Made by a program: the position numbers and the translations under genes. Under the pieces are notes generated by a model, which did not search any database, was not told where the DNA came from, and saw only the letters and a program-made list of their open reading frames with translations. Source: Octopus sinensis (Eukaryota). Taken from it: DNA of 64,000 bases. Within the stretch, counting starts at the first letter, position 1; the number at the start of each line of letters is the position of its first letter. This document shows, piece by piece, positions 23,401-37,602 of the stretch. The stretch covers positions 41,912,001 to 41,976,000 of the forward strand of contig NC_043007.1 of assembly GCF_006345805.1 (NCBI RefSeq). Reading direction: 5' to 3'.

Positions 23401-25410
23401 TTTCGAGGATGAAGAATAACAAGCTCTTCTTCAATTTTTCTGATCAGCTGCAATCTGTTGAAGATCAATAGCATTGATCTGTATATAATACATTCAGTTG
23501 CATGTGAGAAAATGCATCAGCCACTGAGTTGGCTGAATCCTTGCTATGATGTTTGTTCATGGTATACTGTGATATAAAGTCAAGGTGGCAAACTTCATTA
23601 TGTGAGCAGTGATAAGGCTTCATGTTGAATGCATGTATGAGTGATCAGTGATCCATAGAGATAGCAAAAACAGATCCATCTGACATGTTTCAATAATGTT
23701 TGATAGTCAGGTATGCTTCCAGTAATTTACATTCAAAAGCATTATATTTGAACTGGAGATATTAAGATAATGTTGAAGTCAATGTGTTAATGAACAAGGA
23801 TTCATAACATCAGGTCCATTAGAAATAGTTTCTTACTCCACACCTAGAGAAAGGATTGAATTCAGCACTCTCCCAGTTAATATAATGCTTATCAGTTCAA
23901 TAATTTGGCACTGGTATTTAGTCTTGGTTCAACTATTGAGGGCTATTTGGATTTGGCCACCGATACGATGTTGGGCATTATAGGATATGAATCTTCACCC
24001 TTTCCACTATTTATCTAGTAAATTATCAACCCTGCCAAGTCATGCTCACAACTACATGAGTTCTTCTAATGTAATTTAACCTCTTGTGAAGCTGTTATTA
24101 TAACCAAAGGTTGTCACAATGGATACGTGGGCAGTATGTTGACTTTTTTAGATGATGGGGTAAGAGTTCAAATCTTTATTTGTATCCCTAACAAATAATT
24201 TAGCCCAGTGAGCAATTAAAATGTATGGTTTCCTTAGTCTGTATAGTCTCAGTTCTTTGACTTCAACACTTCCATCACAGTTGCAAATATGGTGAAAAAT
24301 AAGAGAGAAAACAGTTCAGTTAGGGAGTGCTGGAGTATTTTAATATTAGGATTGGTTCACTAATATTTATGTTATTTTCTTAAATAACCATCAGCATCTA
24401 ATTATTCCTGCATCTAATTATATAGAAATACCAGTAATACATCTAATTATGTACAACTAAACATATTTAGCTTATTTAATTCATTCAGATTACTACTATA
24501 AATAGCTTGTGTTGTTTAATTATATCCCAATATTCTTAGTCTAAATCCTGTTTAGGTTGATTAGTCTTACATCTTTACAGGGTTCATAAAAACACCAGTC
24601 ATAAACTAGAGTATATTTAAAATCCTGCCATTTTATAGGTTTTAGTGGTGTAGACTCACAGGTTGGTATTTGTCTCTGCTGTTTCTATGAGCATCAAGAC
24701 AACTGACTCCAGATAACTGCTCCTAGGAAATTACCCCTGAACAGTTGCAGCACAGTTATTTAACTGAACACTTACAGCACAACTTCATACTATAACCTCT
24801 ACCACAAACTACAAGCTACACCATAACCTCAATGTTCACCGTAGCTTCAGCCTATTTTTGCCTAATAAGGCAATTATCCCAGCAATCAGGAGTTATTTAA
24901 CTATATTCTGGGTTCAAAACCCACAAAGGTAGATTTTTGATTTCAATCTTTCGGATGGGGTTCATAAATTAAAGGACCAATCAAGTGCAAGGATCAATAT
25001 TTCTGGCCCATTATAATGATTTTAAAAACAATAACATCAATTCAATAGAAAATGTTCCCACATAGTTGTATGGTTAAAAGGTACATTTCTCAACTGCATG
25101 GTTTCAGGTTCAATCAGGCTATGCAGCATCTTACACAAAAATGTTCTGGTATGGCTGTGTGATTAAGAAACTCACTTTTCAGCAACCACATGGTTTTAGA
25201 TCCAGATCCAATGCATGGCACCTTTGCTACGTGTCTTCTACTATAGCCATGGACCAACCAATGCCTTGCAAGGGAATCCAGTAGACAGAAACTATGTGGA
25301 AGCTCATTATGTGTGTGTGTGTGTGTGTGTCTGACTTCTGTCACCAGACAAGTGTTGGTTTGTTTATGTCCCCTTAATTTAGTAGTTCTGCAATATATTT
25401 TGATAGAACA

Positions 25411-25911
25411 CTGTAAATCTTTGAGTATAGTCCGCCCTTAAGTATAATACGCAGGGGATTTTTAGGGGGCTGTACCTCTGAAAAACCTTAACCTTCTCTA
25501 ACTTCAGTCGTGCATAATTAAGCCAGCAGCACCTAGTCAAACAAACACTTCTGCGCATGCGTAATACAATAATGGTGATGTTCTTAACTGTTATATGGGA
25601 ATGTAAATATGTTTGCAAATTGTTTTTGTTATATGTTATTCTGTGTTCTGAATACTTTTATTTTAATAAATGTTGCTTACTGCAAGTTATAGATGATTCT
25701 GTTATGACTTCATTACTTTCAGGCTTAGCTTAAGGTATTTTCGCACCCGACATCACAAAATGCGTCTGAATAAACATTGCCAGACAGCAATAGAAACTAG
25801 GACATTGCTTAGAAAATATTTTTCATTTTTAATCGCGTATATAGTATGCACTAGGGATTTTGACCTTTAAATTTTGGGAAAAAAATGCAGATTATACTCG
25901 AGGATTTACGG
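25411..25911. mobile_element. TcMar (Tc2/pogo-like) MITE, copy 1
   Basis: TIRs ctgtaaatctttgagtatagt / attatactcgaggatttacgg followed by TA; no ORF. Confidence 0.7.
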
Positions 25912-26557
25912 TAAGTACCTGACTTAAAAATAAGTAATAGGATTAAGTTATTGGAGTAAACTCTTCGAGTCAGTACCCTAATATGGTTGTAAAACAAGTG
26001 AAAGATAAAAGATAAAAAGAATAGCTTTGGGTCAGCCAGAGTCTTGTGTGTGAAATTTAGTAGATAATAACAGTGAAATCCCAAGAAGGGATGGTTCCTA
26101 TTCTTGGATAGTAGATTTAATCTGAAGCCTGATTTTTAATTCCACACTAGGCTCTTGAGGGCCTTTAGTGCAATTATATTCTAATTATTCAGGTCTGGTT
26201 TCCTATCTAATAATAATTTCCTTCCACCAGCTTCCTAGCTTTGGAAAAAGTTATAAATAGAGCCCTACCTCAGTCTAAGTCATAAGCAAATGGCTGTGTG
26301 GTAAGTAGTTTGCTTACCAACCACATGGTTCCAGGATCAGTCCCACTGCATGGCACTTGGTAAGTGTTTTCTACTATAGCCTCGGGCCAACCAAAGCTTT
26401 GTTAGTGGGTTTGGTAGATGGAAACTGAAAGAAGCCCGTCATGTGTGTGGTGTGTGTGTGTGTGTGTGTGTGTGTGTCTGACTTCTGTCACCAGACAAGT
26501 GTTGGTTTGTTTATGTCCCCTTAATTTAGTAGTTCTGCAATATATTTTGATAGAACA

Positions 26558-27059
26558 CTGTAAATCTTTGAGTATAGTCCGCCCTTAAGTATAATACGCA
26601 GGGGATTTTTAGGGGGCTGTACCTCTGAAAAACCTTAACCTTCTCTAACTTCAGTCGTGCATAATTAAGCCAGCAGCACCTAGTCAAACAAACACTTCTG
26701 CGCATGCGTAATACAATAATGGTGATGTTCTTAACTGTTATATGGGAATGTAAATATGTTTGCAAATTGTTTTTGTTATATGTTATTCTGTGTTCTGAAT
26801 ACTTTTATTTTAATAAATGTTGCTTACTGCAAGTTATAGATGATTCTGTTATGACTTCATTACTTTCAGGCTTAGCTTAAGGTATTTTCGCACCCGACAT
26901 CACAAAATGCGTCTGAATAAACATTGCCAGACAGCAAATAGAAACTAGGACATTGCTTAGAAAATATTTTTCATTTTTAATCGCGTATATAGTATGCACT
27001 AGGGATTTTGACCTTTAAATTTTGGGAAAAAAATGCAGATTATACTCGAGGATTTACGG
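26558..27059. mobile_element. TcMar (Tc2/pogo-like) MITE, copy 2 (within the duplication)
   Basis: Same TIRs as 25411-25911. Confidence 0.7.
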
Positions 27060-27589
27060 TAAGTACCTGACTTAAAAATAAGTAATAGGATTAAGTTATT
27101 GGAGTAAACTCTTCGAGTCAGTACCCTAATATGGTTGTAAAACAAGTGAAAGATAAAAGATAAAAAGAATAGCTTTGGGTCAGCCAGAGTCTTGTGTGTG
27201 AAATTTAGTAGATAATAACAGTGAAATCCCAAGAAGGGATGGTTCCTATTCTTGGATAGTAGATTTAATCTGAAGCCTGATTTTTAATTCCACACTAGGC
27301 TCTTGAGGGCCTTTAGTGCAATTATAATTCTAATTATTCAGGTCTGGTTTCCTATCTAATAATAATTTCCTTCCACCAGCTTCCTAGCTTTGGAAAAAGT
27401 TATAAATAGAGCCCTACCTCAGTCTAAGTCATAAGCAAATGGCTGTGTGGTAAGTAGTTTGCTTACCAACCACATGGTTCCAGGATCAGTCCCACTGCAT
27501 GGCACCTTGGTAAGTGTTTTCTACTATAGCCTCGGGCCAACCAAAGCTTTGTTAGTGGGTTTGGTAGATGGAAACTGAAAGAAGCCCGT

Positions 27590-27624
<35 letters not shown>

Positions 27625-28227
27625 ACGCATGTGTATGTGTATGTGTGTTTTATGTGTGTGTATGTATGTGTGTGTGTTTGTATGTCTGTGTTTGTCCCCC
27701 ACCCCCACCCCCAACATCGCTTGAAAACCGATGCTGGTGTGTTTACATCCTTGTAACTTAACAGTTCGACAAAAAGAGACCGATAGAATGAGAACTAGAC
27801 TAACAAAGAGTAAGTCCTGGGGCCAATTTGTTCAACTAAAAGCAGTGCTCCAACATGGCCACAGTCAAATGACTGAAACAAATAAAAGAATAAAAGAATA
27901 AAAGAATCATAATAAATTTGCTCATGACATTTTTACAAAGAAATATTTGTTGATTTTCTCACAAGAATTTTTTCTAACTCCTGTTTTCCCTGTTATGCCA
28001 TTTTATGGCTAAATTTTTTTCATGACAGCAGTTGTTGAATATTTCAAATTTATAGCATGACCGCATACACTGCAAATAGGGAATTAAGATGTAAGGATTT
28101 TTTTTCTTTTCTTTTTTAGAAAACTGATGTATTGATACAAAAATGAAGTTCACATTGGAACATCTATACTAAGGGACGTAATTACCTCAAAAGGTATAAT
28201 AGTGCAAGAGAAATAACCATTCTTTTA

Positions 28228-28228
28228 A

Positions 28229-28282
<54 letters not shown>

Positions 28283-28340
28283 GAAATTATTGTATACAGT
28301 GCTCAGGTGCACCACAACTTGTCAAAAAGTGCGTATAAAG
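28228..28340 (-). mobile_element. CR1-type LINE 3' terminus with (TTA)n tail
   Basis: gaaattattgtatacagtgctcaggtgcaccacaacttgtca shared with 50080-50125. Confidence 0.75.
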
Positions 28341-30299
28341 TAATTTAGGGTTTGGTGAACTAGGGTAAATTACCCCAAGTGAGATAAAAATGAAATTCTT
28401 TGGGGGTAATGAGGGCTCATTAAAAATAAGTAAGATTATATAAAAAATGTGTTCCTTGTTACGAGAGAAATTTTTCTTCTGAGATGAAGAGGCAATCAAA
28501 AAGTTGCTGCCTTTTGCAACAACTTATCTTTGCAAACAAGGATTTTCCACTCTAATGAACATAAAAGCAAAGCTGACTAATCGATTTGGACCCTGAAGAG
28601 CATATCTAAATTGCTCTGGCATCAAAATGCCCCAATTTTGATGTAACTGTAGCAAAAATTGAACAACATCATTTCTCCAAAAACTGAAGTGAAAAAGTAA
28701 ATAGAAAAATTCTTTTACTTTCATAATGAGGATATTAATTTATTTTATTGCATTTATTTTATACTTTTTATATTCATAATTGTATTCTCCATATAAAAAA
28801 GATTCTATAAACCTTTTGAATTCAAAGAATCTATGATTTTCTTACTTTCAAATCAAATGGATAACGTTGGCATAAATATATATATATTAGGGTTATTGGT
28901 TAAAAAAGTTCCCTGACTCCTGTCATTAGACTGCAACCATACCGGGGCACCGCCTTGAACAATTTGCTTTAGTCAAGTAAATTGACCCCAGTACTTAATT
29001 TTTGGCTAAGCTTGGTATTTATTCTAAGTAAAATAAATTCTAAGTAAAATAAATCAGAAAAGTAATCTCTCCATCTCTCACATATGCTCGTCTCTGTAAT
29101 CAGAGTCCACCTTGACCCCAAAGTTTCCCTATGACTTAGCCTTGGATGCTCTTACTGTCTCTGCCGCAACTTTTTGCACCTCAGTGTACAACATGCACAA
29201 AAAAGAGAAGATTAAAATGTACAAGTAATTATAAAGAAACAAAGCTTGTTTAATATGTAATAATTATTAAATATGTAAGCCAGCAGAATTGTTTGAAATT
29301 CTACCTTACGTGAAAATTATGAAAATTTGGAAATTCCAACAGGTCTGCATTGGTCAGCAAAATTCCTAAATACAAAGTAACAACAATAAGAAATATATCA
29401 AATCTAAAATGTGTAGAGACTCTGAATAAACAATTAAACCATGAACTTCTTTCAATCTGATTGAGCAGGATTTCAGATCAGGATACCTGCATAAGTTGGA
29501 TTTTCTCCGATTTGACAGGGATTTTTCCAATTTATTTTTCACCCCTGCATCTTTCAATGAGGAGACGTTTTGGAAAATTTATGATTTTTTAATTCACCTC
29601 ACCCCACCACTACCACTATCACCTTTCAGACCGATTCTGGCCAATATTTTTAGAACTAGACACATAATAACAATGGGAGAAGCCTTTTTGATAAAAAAAA
29701 AAAATTGTAAATATTTTCAAATGAAAAGAAGTGTGATTTAACAGATTTGCTTGTTGTCTCTAGCACATCCCACGACCACCTTCCTCGTTTCTTTGTCACT
29801 CTGACATGTATTGGTATTTTTCAATATTTTTCTCTCCATAAACACGCTTTATGCTATTAAAGAAAAAATTTTTGAAGATTCATGATTTTTGCTATCCCCC
29901 CACACACACAAACACCACCACCAAATTTCAAAATATCAGAGGCGGCCTTTGCTGGAATTTATCTACAGTGATTTTTAAAAAGTGGTAGCTAAATTTGCCA
30001 CAGGAATTTATTATCTCTCTTGACCTTAATGACCACCAGATTGGTGACTGTGAGGCTTATCTCCCCTGCATTTAAATGTTTATCTTTACTTTCTACCGAT
30101 GACGTCTTCACACAAACACATTCACAGATACACTCGCAAACACGCAAATATATACATATATGTATATTGTCACCAGAAAATATAAACTTGGTATACCCTA
30201 GGGAATTTCTACAGGCGCCTCCTCTGCAAATGGAATTCTGTCATTTCCTTGATGTCATAAAGATCATGTCTTCCTTCGTACATTCCTAAATAATTTTGT

Positions 30300-30976
30300 T
30301 CTTACTTCAAACCCTCTGATACTGCTGTAAAAGCTAAGTTGTCAGCATACAAGAGTTCTATAGGGTCACCGGTCTTAAATCCACCTGTTATGACTTGAGG
30401 GCTATAATAAATTGGGGATGGGTTGAGGAATGAGCCCTGATGTATACACCTACTTGCACCTTAAATTCATTACTGAAATTCACCTTGCTGACCGCCCTTT
30501 CATACATAACTTATATGTCCTTCATAAGTTATTCATCTACCTCTAGTTTCCTTAACAACCACCAAATCACAGCGTGAGGGACTCGATGAATGCTAGATAT
30601 AGTGGGCTTACTCCTAGCAATGTACTTCGATTGCAGTTGTTTCACAAGGAATATGGCATCAGTTGCTCAAAGCCAATCAGCATTCAGATTAATCCTGTCC
30701 CTAATCTGTAACTTTCATAATCTTGTCCAACAGTTTGATGTCTCTACTTCCTTCTCTCTAAAGCATTTTCCTTCCCCTGTGGCAGACTGCAAAACCAATC
30801 ATTGGTAAGAAAGCTGCCTGTATTGCCTCATTTACTATTCAAGTGATTATCTTGTACCCTATTCGGTCCGATATTCTAAGGTTTTTAGTGATTTATCCCT
30901 GACTATCAAGCTGCTTTCCCTGCTTTTGTATTATTACTTTATCATACTGCTGAAAAAGTTGGATGACAAGTCTTTT

Positions 30977-31071
<95 letters not shown>

Positions 31072-32290
31072 CCAAGCATTCTCCACACCATTCAGTAGTG
31101 TTTTGTAGTAGTCCCTTATGCTTCTTATTAGTGACAGTGAGAGCAAGTGTGCCTTTATTCCATATTGTTCTCTAACATCTTGATTTTCTCTAATTCACTT
31201 TCTAGCAATGAGGAACACCTTATACCCCTAATCTGTACATCACAGAACATTCGCAAACTACTTTTTTGCCTTTCCTCTTATACTTGATGTTTGTCCTATG
31301 CTTTAACAATTTGGCATTTTTCTCTGCTGCTCCCCACCTCCCTTCCAATCTTTCTAAACTTGTTGCTTTAATCTTACAACATTGTCTACAAGTGTTTCAC
31401 TGCTAACATGTCAACTTGCATTGGGCTAGTACCTTGTACTAACCACAAGTCTAGCCTGTAGAGTCCAACAGATTGTCCCATAAAAACTAGCAGTTTTGCT
31501 CTATGTTATATGCCTCTATCTCCTCCCTGATGTCAAAGATATCACTTAACACCTCTCTGAATCTATATCCAATTAAGGGCTGTTTTAGTTTCCAGGTATT
31601 CCTCCTTCAAATTGTCTTTTTTGTCTCTGAATCAGAGTAGCCCATATTTGAAGTCACTAACTACACATCTGTGTTGGGAGGTATATTCTTCACCTGGGAA
31701 GCACTTGGCATTTACAGCCATCCATCTATTTTGCTTTATATAATCTATCTCATTAGTGCACTGACTGGGTGGTTTCCTGAAGTTTGTGATGCAGATCTTG
31801 AGAAAATTTGCATAACAGAACTCCAGGAGTCTTGATTTCTTCCTTATTCTCATACTGTACCTAGAGCCACCATGTATTCTAAATAGCCATCATGGTTTTT
31901 TTCTGTCATGTCCATTAAAGTTGTCAGCTGTTATAGTGAAATCTTCATAATCTACTATCAAGATAGTCTGTTTAGAACTCATAAAAATAATCCTCCTGCT
32001 CATCCACCAGTTCTGAATGTGATGTATATGAAAAGATAAAAGGTGTTTAATAATTTTATCACATGCCCTCACTACTTCATTTGCCTTATCTATTAATGAT
32101 TCTGATTACAGCATGCCAACTCTATCCACTCTATCACCTTTACCTATCTGGAAGAATTCCTTACCTATGAGGGTCTTGGCTAAGACATTCTTCCTCTATG
32201 CACGCAGCACATACCAACTCATCTATGCTCTCATACTTCTGCAAGCTCAAATAACCTACTTCTAATCTAGCCAGCAAAATGAGAAGTAGG
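30300..32290 (-). pseudogene. Older degraded copy of the RTE family, interrupted by (CT)n at 30977-31066
   Basis: Frameshifted EFKVQVGV..QG...LQVITGGFKTGDPIELLYADNLA and IT.IVN....NDW....KGK, collinear with the 12725-14700 ORF. Confidence 0.75.
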
Positions 32291-32928
32291 TCTCATGATC
32301 TGCAATATGAACCAGATAGGTGGGTGGACAGGCATTAAAAAACAACTCTTGATCATATAAGAACATATTTATTTATAATGCAAGCTTTACAGAACACGTT
32401 TTAATAAAGTCGTAAAATAATATTTTAAAACATTTTTCTATGAATTTAAAGTAACAGTAACTGAATATTGAATACCAGTAAATTGCATTCAAAAGAATGA
32501 TATATATTTAGCATACAGTGTATACATATATCACAAAGAAATATTTTTTAAATAGCTCTACACTTGACTGCAAGAAGATTCAACCAGTTTTCTATCAGAA
32601 GAAAATCTGTTTTGTAAGCAAGAAACAATCTATTGAGTTGGCTAGTTGCATTATACTTTTTTATAAGTAGCCAAAATCCAAAGCAGATTAAAGGCAAATT
32701 ATCATTAAATGATACCATTTTGGATATAAACATATTATATTTGTCATGGTTAATAGTATTCTGGGAAATATTTCAACTTAATTTTTATCTGAATTCTAAG
32801 ATGAAATTTGGCTAGTCTGACTAAATAGAGTATAATTACACCTAAAGCTATGTCAAAATATGTGTTTCTCATGTGCAGAATTTCATTTGAGTGTATATAG
32901 TTGCACTTAGTGTTCAGGTCTCATGTCT

Positions 32929-33170
32929 TCAGAAGTTGAATCCATCATCACAAAATCCATCATTGTTACCAATATCGAAGTTATTGGTGTCAAAACTGTT
33001 ATCAACATCAGTGAAGTCAGTGTTCTCAATATTTGTGTTATCGACATCATAATAATTGTTGATCTGGATATTTTGGCTATCATCAAATCCTGTATACCCA
33101 CCACCATAGCCACCGCCTGAAAACCATCCAGCTCCAAGGCCAAATCCCAGGGCATCACCCAAAAGAAGAC
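32929..33170 (-). CDS. PH-domain gene last exon
   Basis: acag|GT...TGA; 242 nt, LLLGDALGFGLGAGWFSGGGYGGGYTGFDDSQNIQINNYYDVDNTNIENTDFTDVDNSFDTNNFDIGNNDGFCDDGFNF*; the eight exons sum to 921 nt (307 codons). Confidence 0.85.
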
Positions 33171-33864
33171 CTGTAACAGAAAGTATAATTCAGGATTATA
33201 TCTATACTGTATTTACAAGTAGCTGAAGAATAGATGGTCTATATTACATCACAATCATTGAGCTGTAACATGGAAAAGATATTGAGTATATACTATAAAG
33301 TAACATGCAAAAGTTATCATCATCATCATTATTTTAACATCCACTTTTCCATGCTTTCAAGAGTCAGGTAGAATTTGCTGTGGCAGATTTTCTGCGACCA
33401 GATACTCTTTCTGTCACTGATCCTCATTTTTCCATGGCTAGACATGTTTTCCATGAAAAATTTGAAATGAAAAATTTGAACATCACTTATACGACAGTGA
33501 CTCACATTCATCACATGATGTTGAGATAAGAGGACACACGTATGCACACACACACAACACATACACACACACACACACACACTCACACAGAACTTCTTTC
33601 AGTTTTCATCAATCAAATCCACTACATAAGGCTTTGATCATTCTGAGGTTATTGTAGAAGACACTTGCCCAAGGTGCCATACAGTGGGACTGAACCCAGA
33701 ACCATGTGGTTAGAAAGCAAACATCTTACCACACAGCTAAGCTGTGCCTATAATTGCCAAATATTTATTCTATTAACTTTATGGGAGTCTCGCTAATATA
33801 ATAAAAAGTACATTTGGTAGCAGGAGTAATTGAACTCAGAATTTATAAGAAAAAATTAAATAAC

Positions 33865-34050
33865 CTGGAGCAAATCCATCATTGGAACTTCTCTCTTCCC
33901 GGACAATAACAGTCTGTGGTGGTGGCTGTTGTATCCTTGGATATCCTACAGGGGAAATGGTTGTCACCTGCTGTTGGTACATTGGTGGATAGCTTGGTGG
34001 AGCCCTGTTGATGTTTGTACCAAAGGTATTTGGCAGATAATAAGGTCCAC
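33865..34050 (-). CDS. PH-domain gene exon 7 (PPxY-containing)
   Basis: tttcag|GT...G|gttatt; 186 nt, GPYYLPNTFGTNINRAPPSYPPMYQQQVTTISPVGYPRIQQPPPQTVIVREERSSNDGFAP. Confidence 0.85.
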
Positions 34051-34641
34051 CTGAAATAGATTCACAGAGTTTATTAAATGTCAATGTTACAAACAATTTG
34101 TTGTTGTTGTTGGTTCCTTTTTGAGCCATGCCTGGCTTATAAGGGCCAGTTTCCAGGTTTCATTGGCGTATAGGTTCCCCACCTGGACAGGATGCTGGTC
34201 CGTCACAAGTGAACTACTGGATGCAGGAGGAAAGAGTGAGAGAAAGTTGTGGCAAAAGAGTCAGCAGAAGTTTGCCATTACCTTCTGCTGAAACTGTTTC
34301 ACTCATAAACACACACATCGCCCAATCTGAGATTTGAACCTGTGGTCCCTCGACCATGAGTCCACTACTCTAACCACAAGGCCATATGCCTCCACACTAC
34401 AAACAATTACAGAACAGATATTATCTTCAATTTTTTTTCTTCCTCTGCAGAGATTCTTGATTCAGCAAATATCAATGATATGAGAGATGGCAGGGTGGGG
34501 TTACACTGGGCTGATACTTAATTTATCTACCTCAAAAAGATAAAAGGCAAAGTTGATCTTGACATGACTTGAACTCACAGGACAGAGAGTTGAAACAAAT
34601 ATCACTGCATTCTATCTTATTCCTAAATAATGCTACCAATC

Positions 34642-34672
<31 letters not shown>

Positions 34673-35148
34673 TGTGTGTGTGTGTCTGTGTGTTTGTGTG
34701 TCTGTGTGTTTTCGTGTATGAGAGAGAGAGAGAGAGAAATACAAAAGATCTGATAACCAGAAACCGGTAGCCTTGTAAATTCTTTCTTGTTCTTCAGCGT
34801 CAAGAACAGCAGAGAAAACTTATGCTCTATAGGCAGTGAAGAGATTAAGTAAGTAAATTAACACAAAGACGGCACACTCAGAAATCTACCAAATCTTTTT
34901 TTTTTTTTAACAAAAGATGATTTACTCTGAAATAAATTATGTTCAAAAAGATGAGCTGGTCAGGGCTACAATGTCTTTTTTTAACCATATCTCAGTTCCA
35001 TCAGAGTTAATCTGTGACTAGACAAAACCATAGCAATAACAGCCCTTCACTCATTTGCACAGTTGCTCATAACACAGGTACACAGAAACACAAAGCTCTT
35101 CAGAAATGCAGTTTACAACATTTATATCTGTAATAGATGCCATAGTAC

Positions 35149-35275
35149 CAGGAGGTGGTGGTGGTGGTGGTAGTGGTTGCAGTGGTGGTGTTGAAAAGGG
35201 TGGCTGTGGAAGCATGTTTACAGAAGTTTCAGTGCAAAGTGGTGTACCGTTGCTACTATCTGGCTGTTGTGGCAA
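35149..35275 (-). CDS. PH-domain gene exon 6 (Pro-rich)
   Basis: tgcag|TTG...G|gtacta; 127 nt, LPQQPDSSNGTPLCTETSVNMLPQPPFSTPPLQPLPPPPPPP. Confidence 0.75.
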
Positions 35276-35510
35276 CTGCAAAAAAAATAATTAAGATAAA
35301 TAGAAAAAAGGATTTTGAATATTTAAACAAGAAGGCTACAGACAACATAATTTTTAACACAGGCACAAAACTCTTAGATATTACAAGAGAAATGAGATAA
35401 AGTGTATTGATGTCCTTCTCAAAAGAACTCAAAGTAACAAGAGGAGTGAAATAAGTTGCAACCAGGAAAGAAAACCAGATGACAGACTCAGTTCACGGAG
35501 TGCTTACTTT

Positions 35511-35905
35511 TTGCTCTATATTGGATCTAACTGTACTAATTATACACGATGTGATGGTTTACATACTGCTGAGACCCCTTCGGTCATGACTGACCTTGGA
35601 ATTGCACCTAGAAAATTACCCTCCCAGTCACAAGTCCGGGCAAGGTTGTTTATGGAAGACCAGCAGTTGCCCATGCATACCGGCCTCCCCTCTCCACGCC
35701 ACCAGTGTTATCCAAGGGAAAGGAAAAGGCCGATACAGCTTGGCACTTGTGACATCGCAACTCATTTCTACAGCTGAGTGAACTGGAGCAATGTGAAATA
35801 AAGTGTCTTGCTCAAGAACACAACACGCAGCCCGGTCCGGGATTCGAACCCACAACCTCGTGATCGTAAGCTCAACGCTCTAACCACTGAGCCATGCGCC
35901 TTCAC
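35511..35905 (-). mobile_element. Well-preserved tRNA-derived SINE (family C)
   Basis: Head ggcgcatggctcagtggttagagcg (box A)...ggttcgaatccc (box B) then gtgttcttgagcaagacacttt core. Confidence 0.8.
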
Positions 35906-36655
35906 TGGTTTACATACTAATTGGTTTAATACTATGTTCTGATTCTTTTATCCTTTTGCTGGTTTGTCATAGAACTGTGACAATGCTAGGGAACTGCCTT
36001 CAAGGTTTCTGCCAATTATATCAACCCCAACATTTCATCAAGTACTTGTTTTATTGATCCCATAAGAAATGAAAGGTGAAGGGATGGACTAAAGGGATGT
36101 AAATCAAACGGAACTAACAACTTAAAGGTTTTTCTTTTCCTTTTTTTTTTTTTTTTTGAAGAACTGGAAAATTCCACCTTTACCTGATTAATTCTTTTTT
36201 GAAGAACTGGAAAATTAATTTTCTGATTAATTTTCTAGCCTTATAATTTTAGGTCTAAGGAGGATAACTCTTGTAACTTTTTTACTTCCTGCATTTTAGT
36301 TTTTATTTTCGTTTTTCATTTTCCACTTTTCATTTTCCGTTTTTTTAACCTTCCACATTTTCTATATGCTGCCTTCTCAACTTTTTCATGTTTCTTCTCT
36401 TATTTAATATTTTTAGTTCAGTATGATGATATGTGGCTTGCGTCTGTATGTTTCAGATATTTCTTAACATATGAAACTATTAGTAGCACTTAAAAAGATG
36501 TATTATGTCCTTTAAATAATATATGTGTGTGTGTGTGTGTGTGTAAATAATGTGTATATATATGTGTGTGCGTATTTATGTATGTATGTATGCATGCATG
36601 TATATATATATACACACACATACATGAATACATACATACATACATACATACGTAA

Positions 36656-36688
<33 letters not shown>

Positions 36689-36691
<3 letters not shown>

Positions 36692-36790
36692 GGGTTGGAC
36701 AAAATAATGTAAGCTGGCAGTAATTACAGCTTGAATTCTATGAGCTATGGACTCATACAAAGTTTGAATTGTTTCCAAAGGAAACAATGC
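36689..36790 (-). mobile_element. Tc1-like transposon 3' remnant
   Basis: PLETIQTLYESIAHRIQAVITA (Tc1 transposase C-terminus) fused to the TIR cattattttgtccaacccctg followed by TA. Confidence 0.65.
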
Positions 36791-36792
36791 AA

Positions 36793-37556
36793 TGGCATTG
36801 CTGGGATCTTTGGCACTATGCGGTGTTGACCCATTCTGGTATAGGTGTAGCTTTCAATACCAAAATTTAGCACAATTCCTTCCTGGATCTTCCAGATGTA
36901 TATTACTGCATACCTCTCCCATTTTTGCTCCAAGGAGTAGAGTCTTAGCTATTTCAACCTTTCCCAGTAGCTGAGCTGTTGCAAAGAGACGATCTTCTTT
37001 GTGAATCTTCTCTGGATTGCTTCACCATCCGCTGTTAATCTCACACTGGTGGGTGACTATAGCTGGAAGCAGTAATCCAGGTGGCTGAGGACAAATGTCC
37101 TCCATAGGACCATCATGGTTTCCTTATCTCTGGTTCTGAATGTTCTTGGGATCCATCCAGCCAGTCGTCTGCACTTTGTTGCCATCCTGGTAATGTGCAC
37201 TTGGAGAGAAGTATCATCACTCATGTTGATACCCAGGTCCCCCACTGATTTAGGCTCTGGGATTGAAATTCCCTGTGGACCAGTGTAGCCTGTAAGTTTC
37301 ATATTCAGTTTTGGATGCTTGTAGTGCAGGGCTTGGAATATTTCAGCATTAAACTGCATATTATACTCAGTGCATCTATAAATTGAGTCCAACTCCTGCT
37401 GCAGATGTGCAACATTGCTGGGGTTCTGTATTTTTTGCAAGACTTTCATATCGTCTGCATAGCTAGCAAGGATGACTATCTGGGCAGTTATGCCCATGGG
37501 CATATGGCGTAGTGGTTAAGAGTGCGGGCTCCTAACCTCAAGATTCCAGGCAGTGA

Positions 37557-37602
<46 letters not shown>

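Larger units (their letters stand above)
25311..27620. repeat. Near-identical tandem duplication, unit ~1147 bp
   Basis: Identical ORFs at 25379/26526 and 25851/26999; junctions fall in (GT)n after family B SINEs. Confidence 0.96.

Noticed and set aside
35840-35905. tRNA-like sequence with box A/B
   Set aside because: Continues into a SINE body with no acceptor stem closure; it is a SINE head, not a tRNA gene (same for the other SINE heads)
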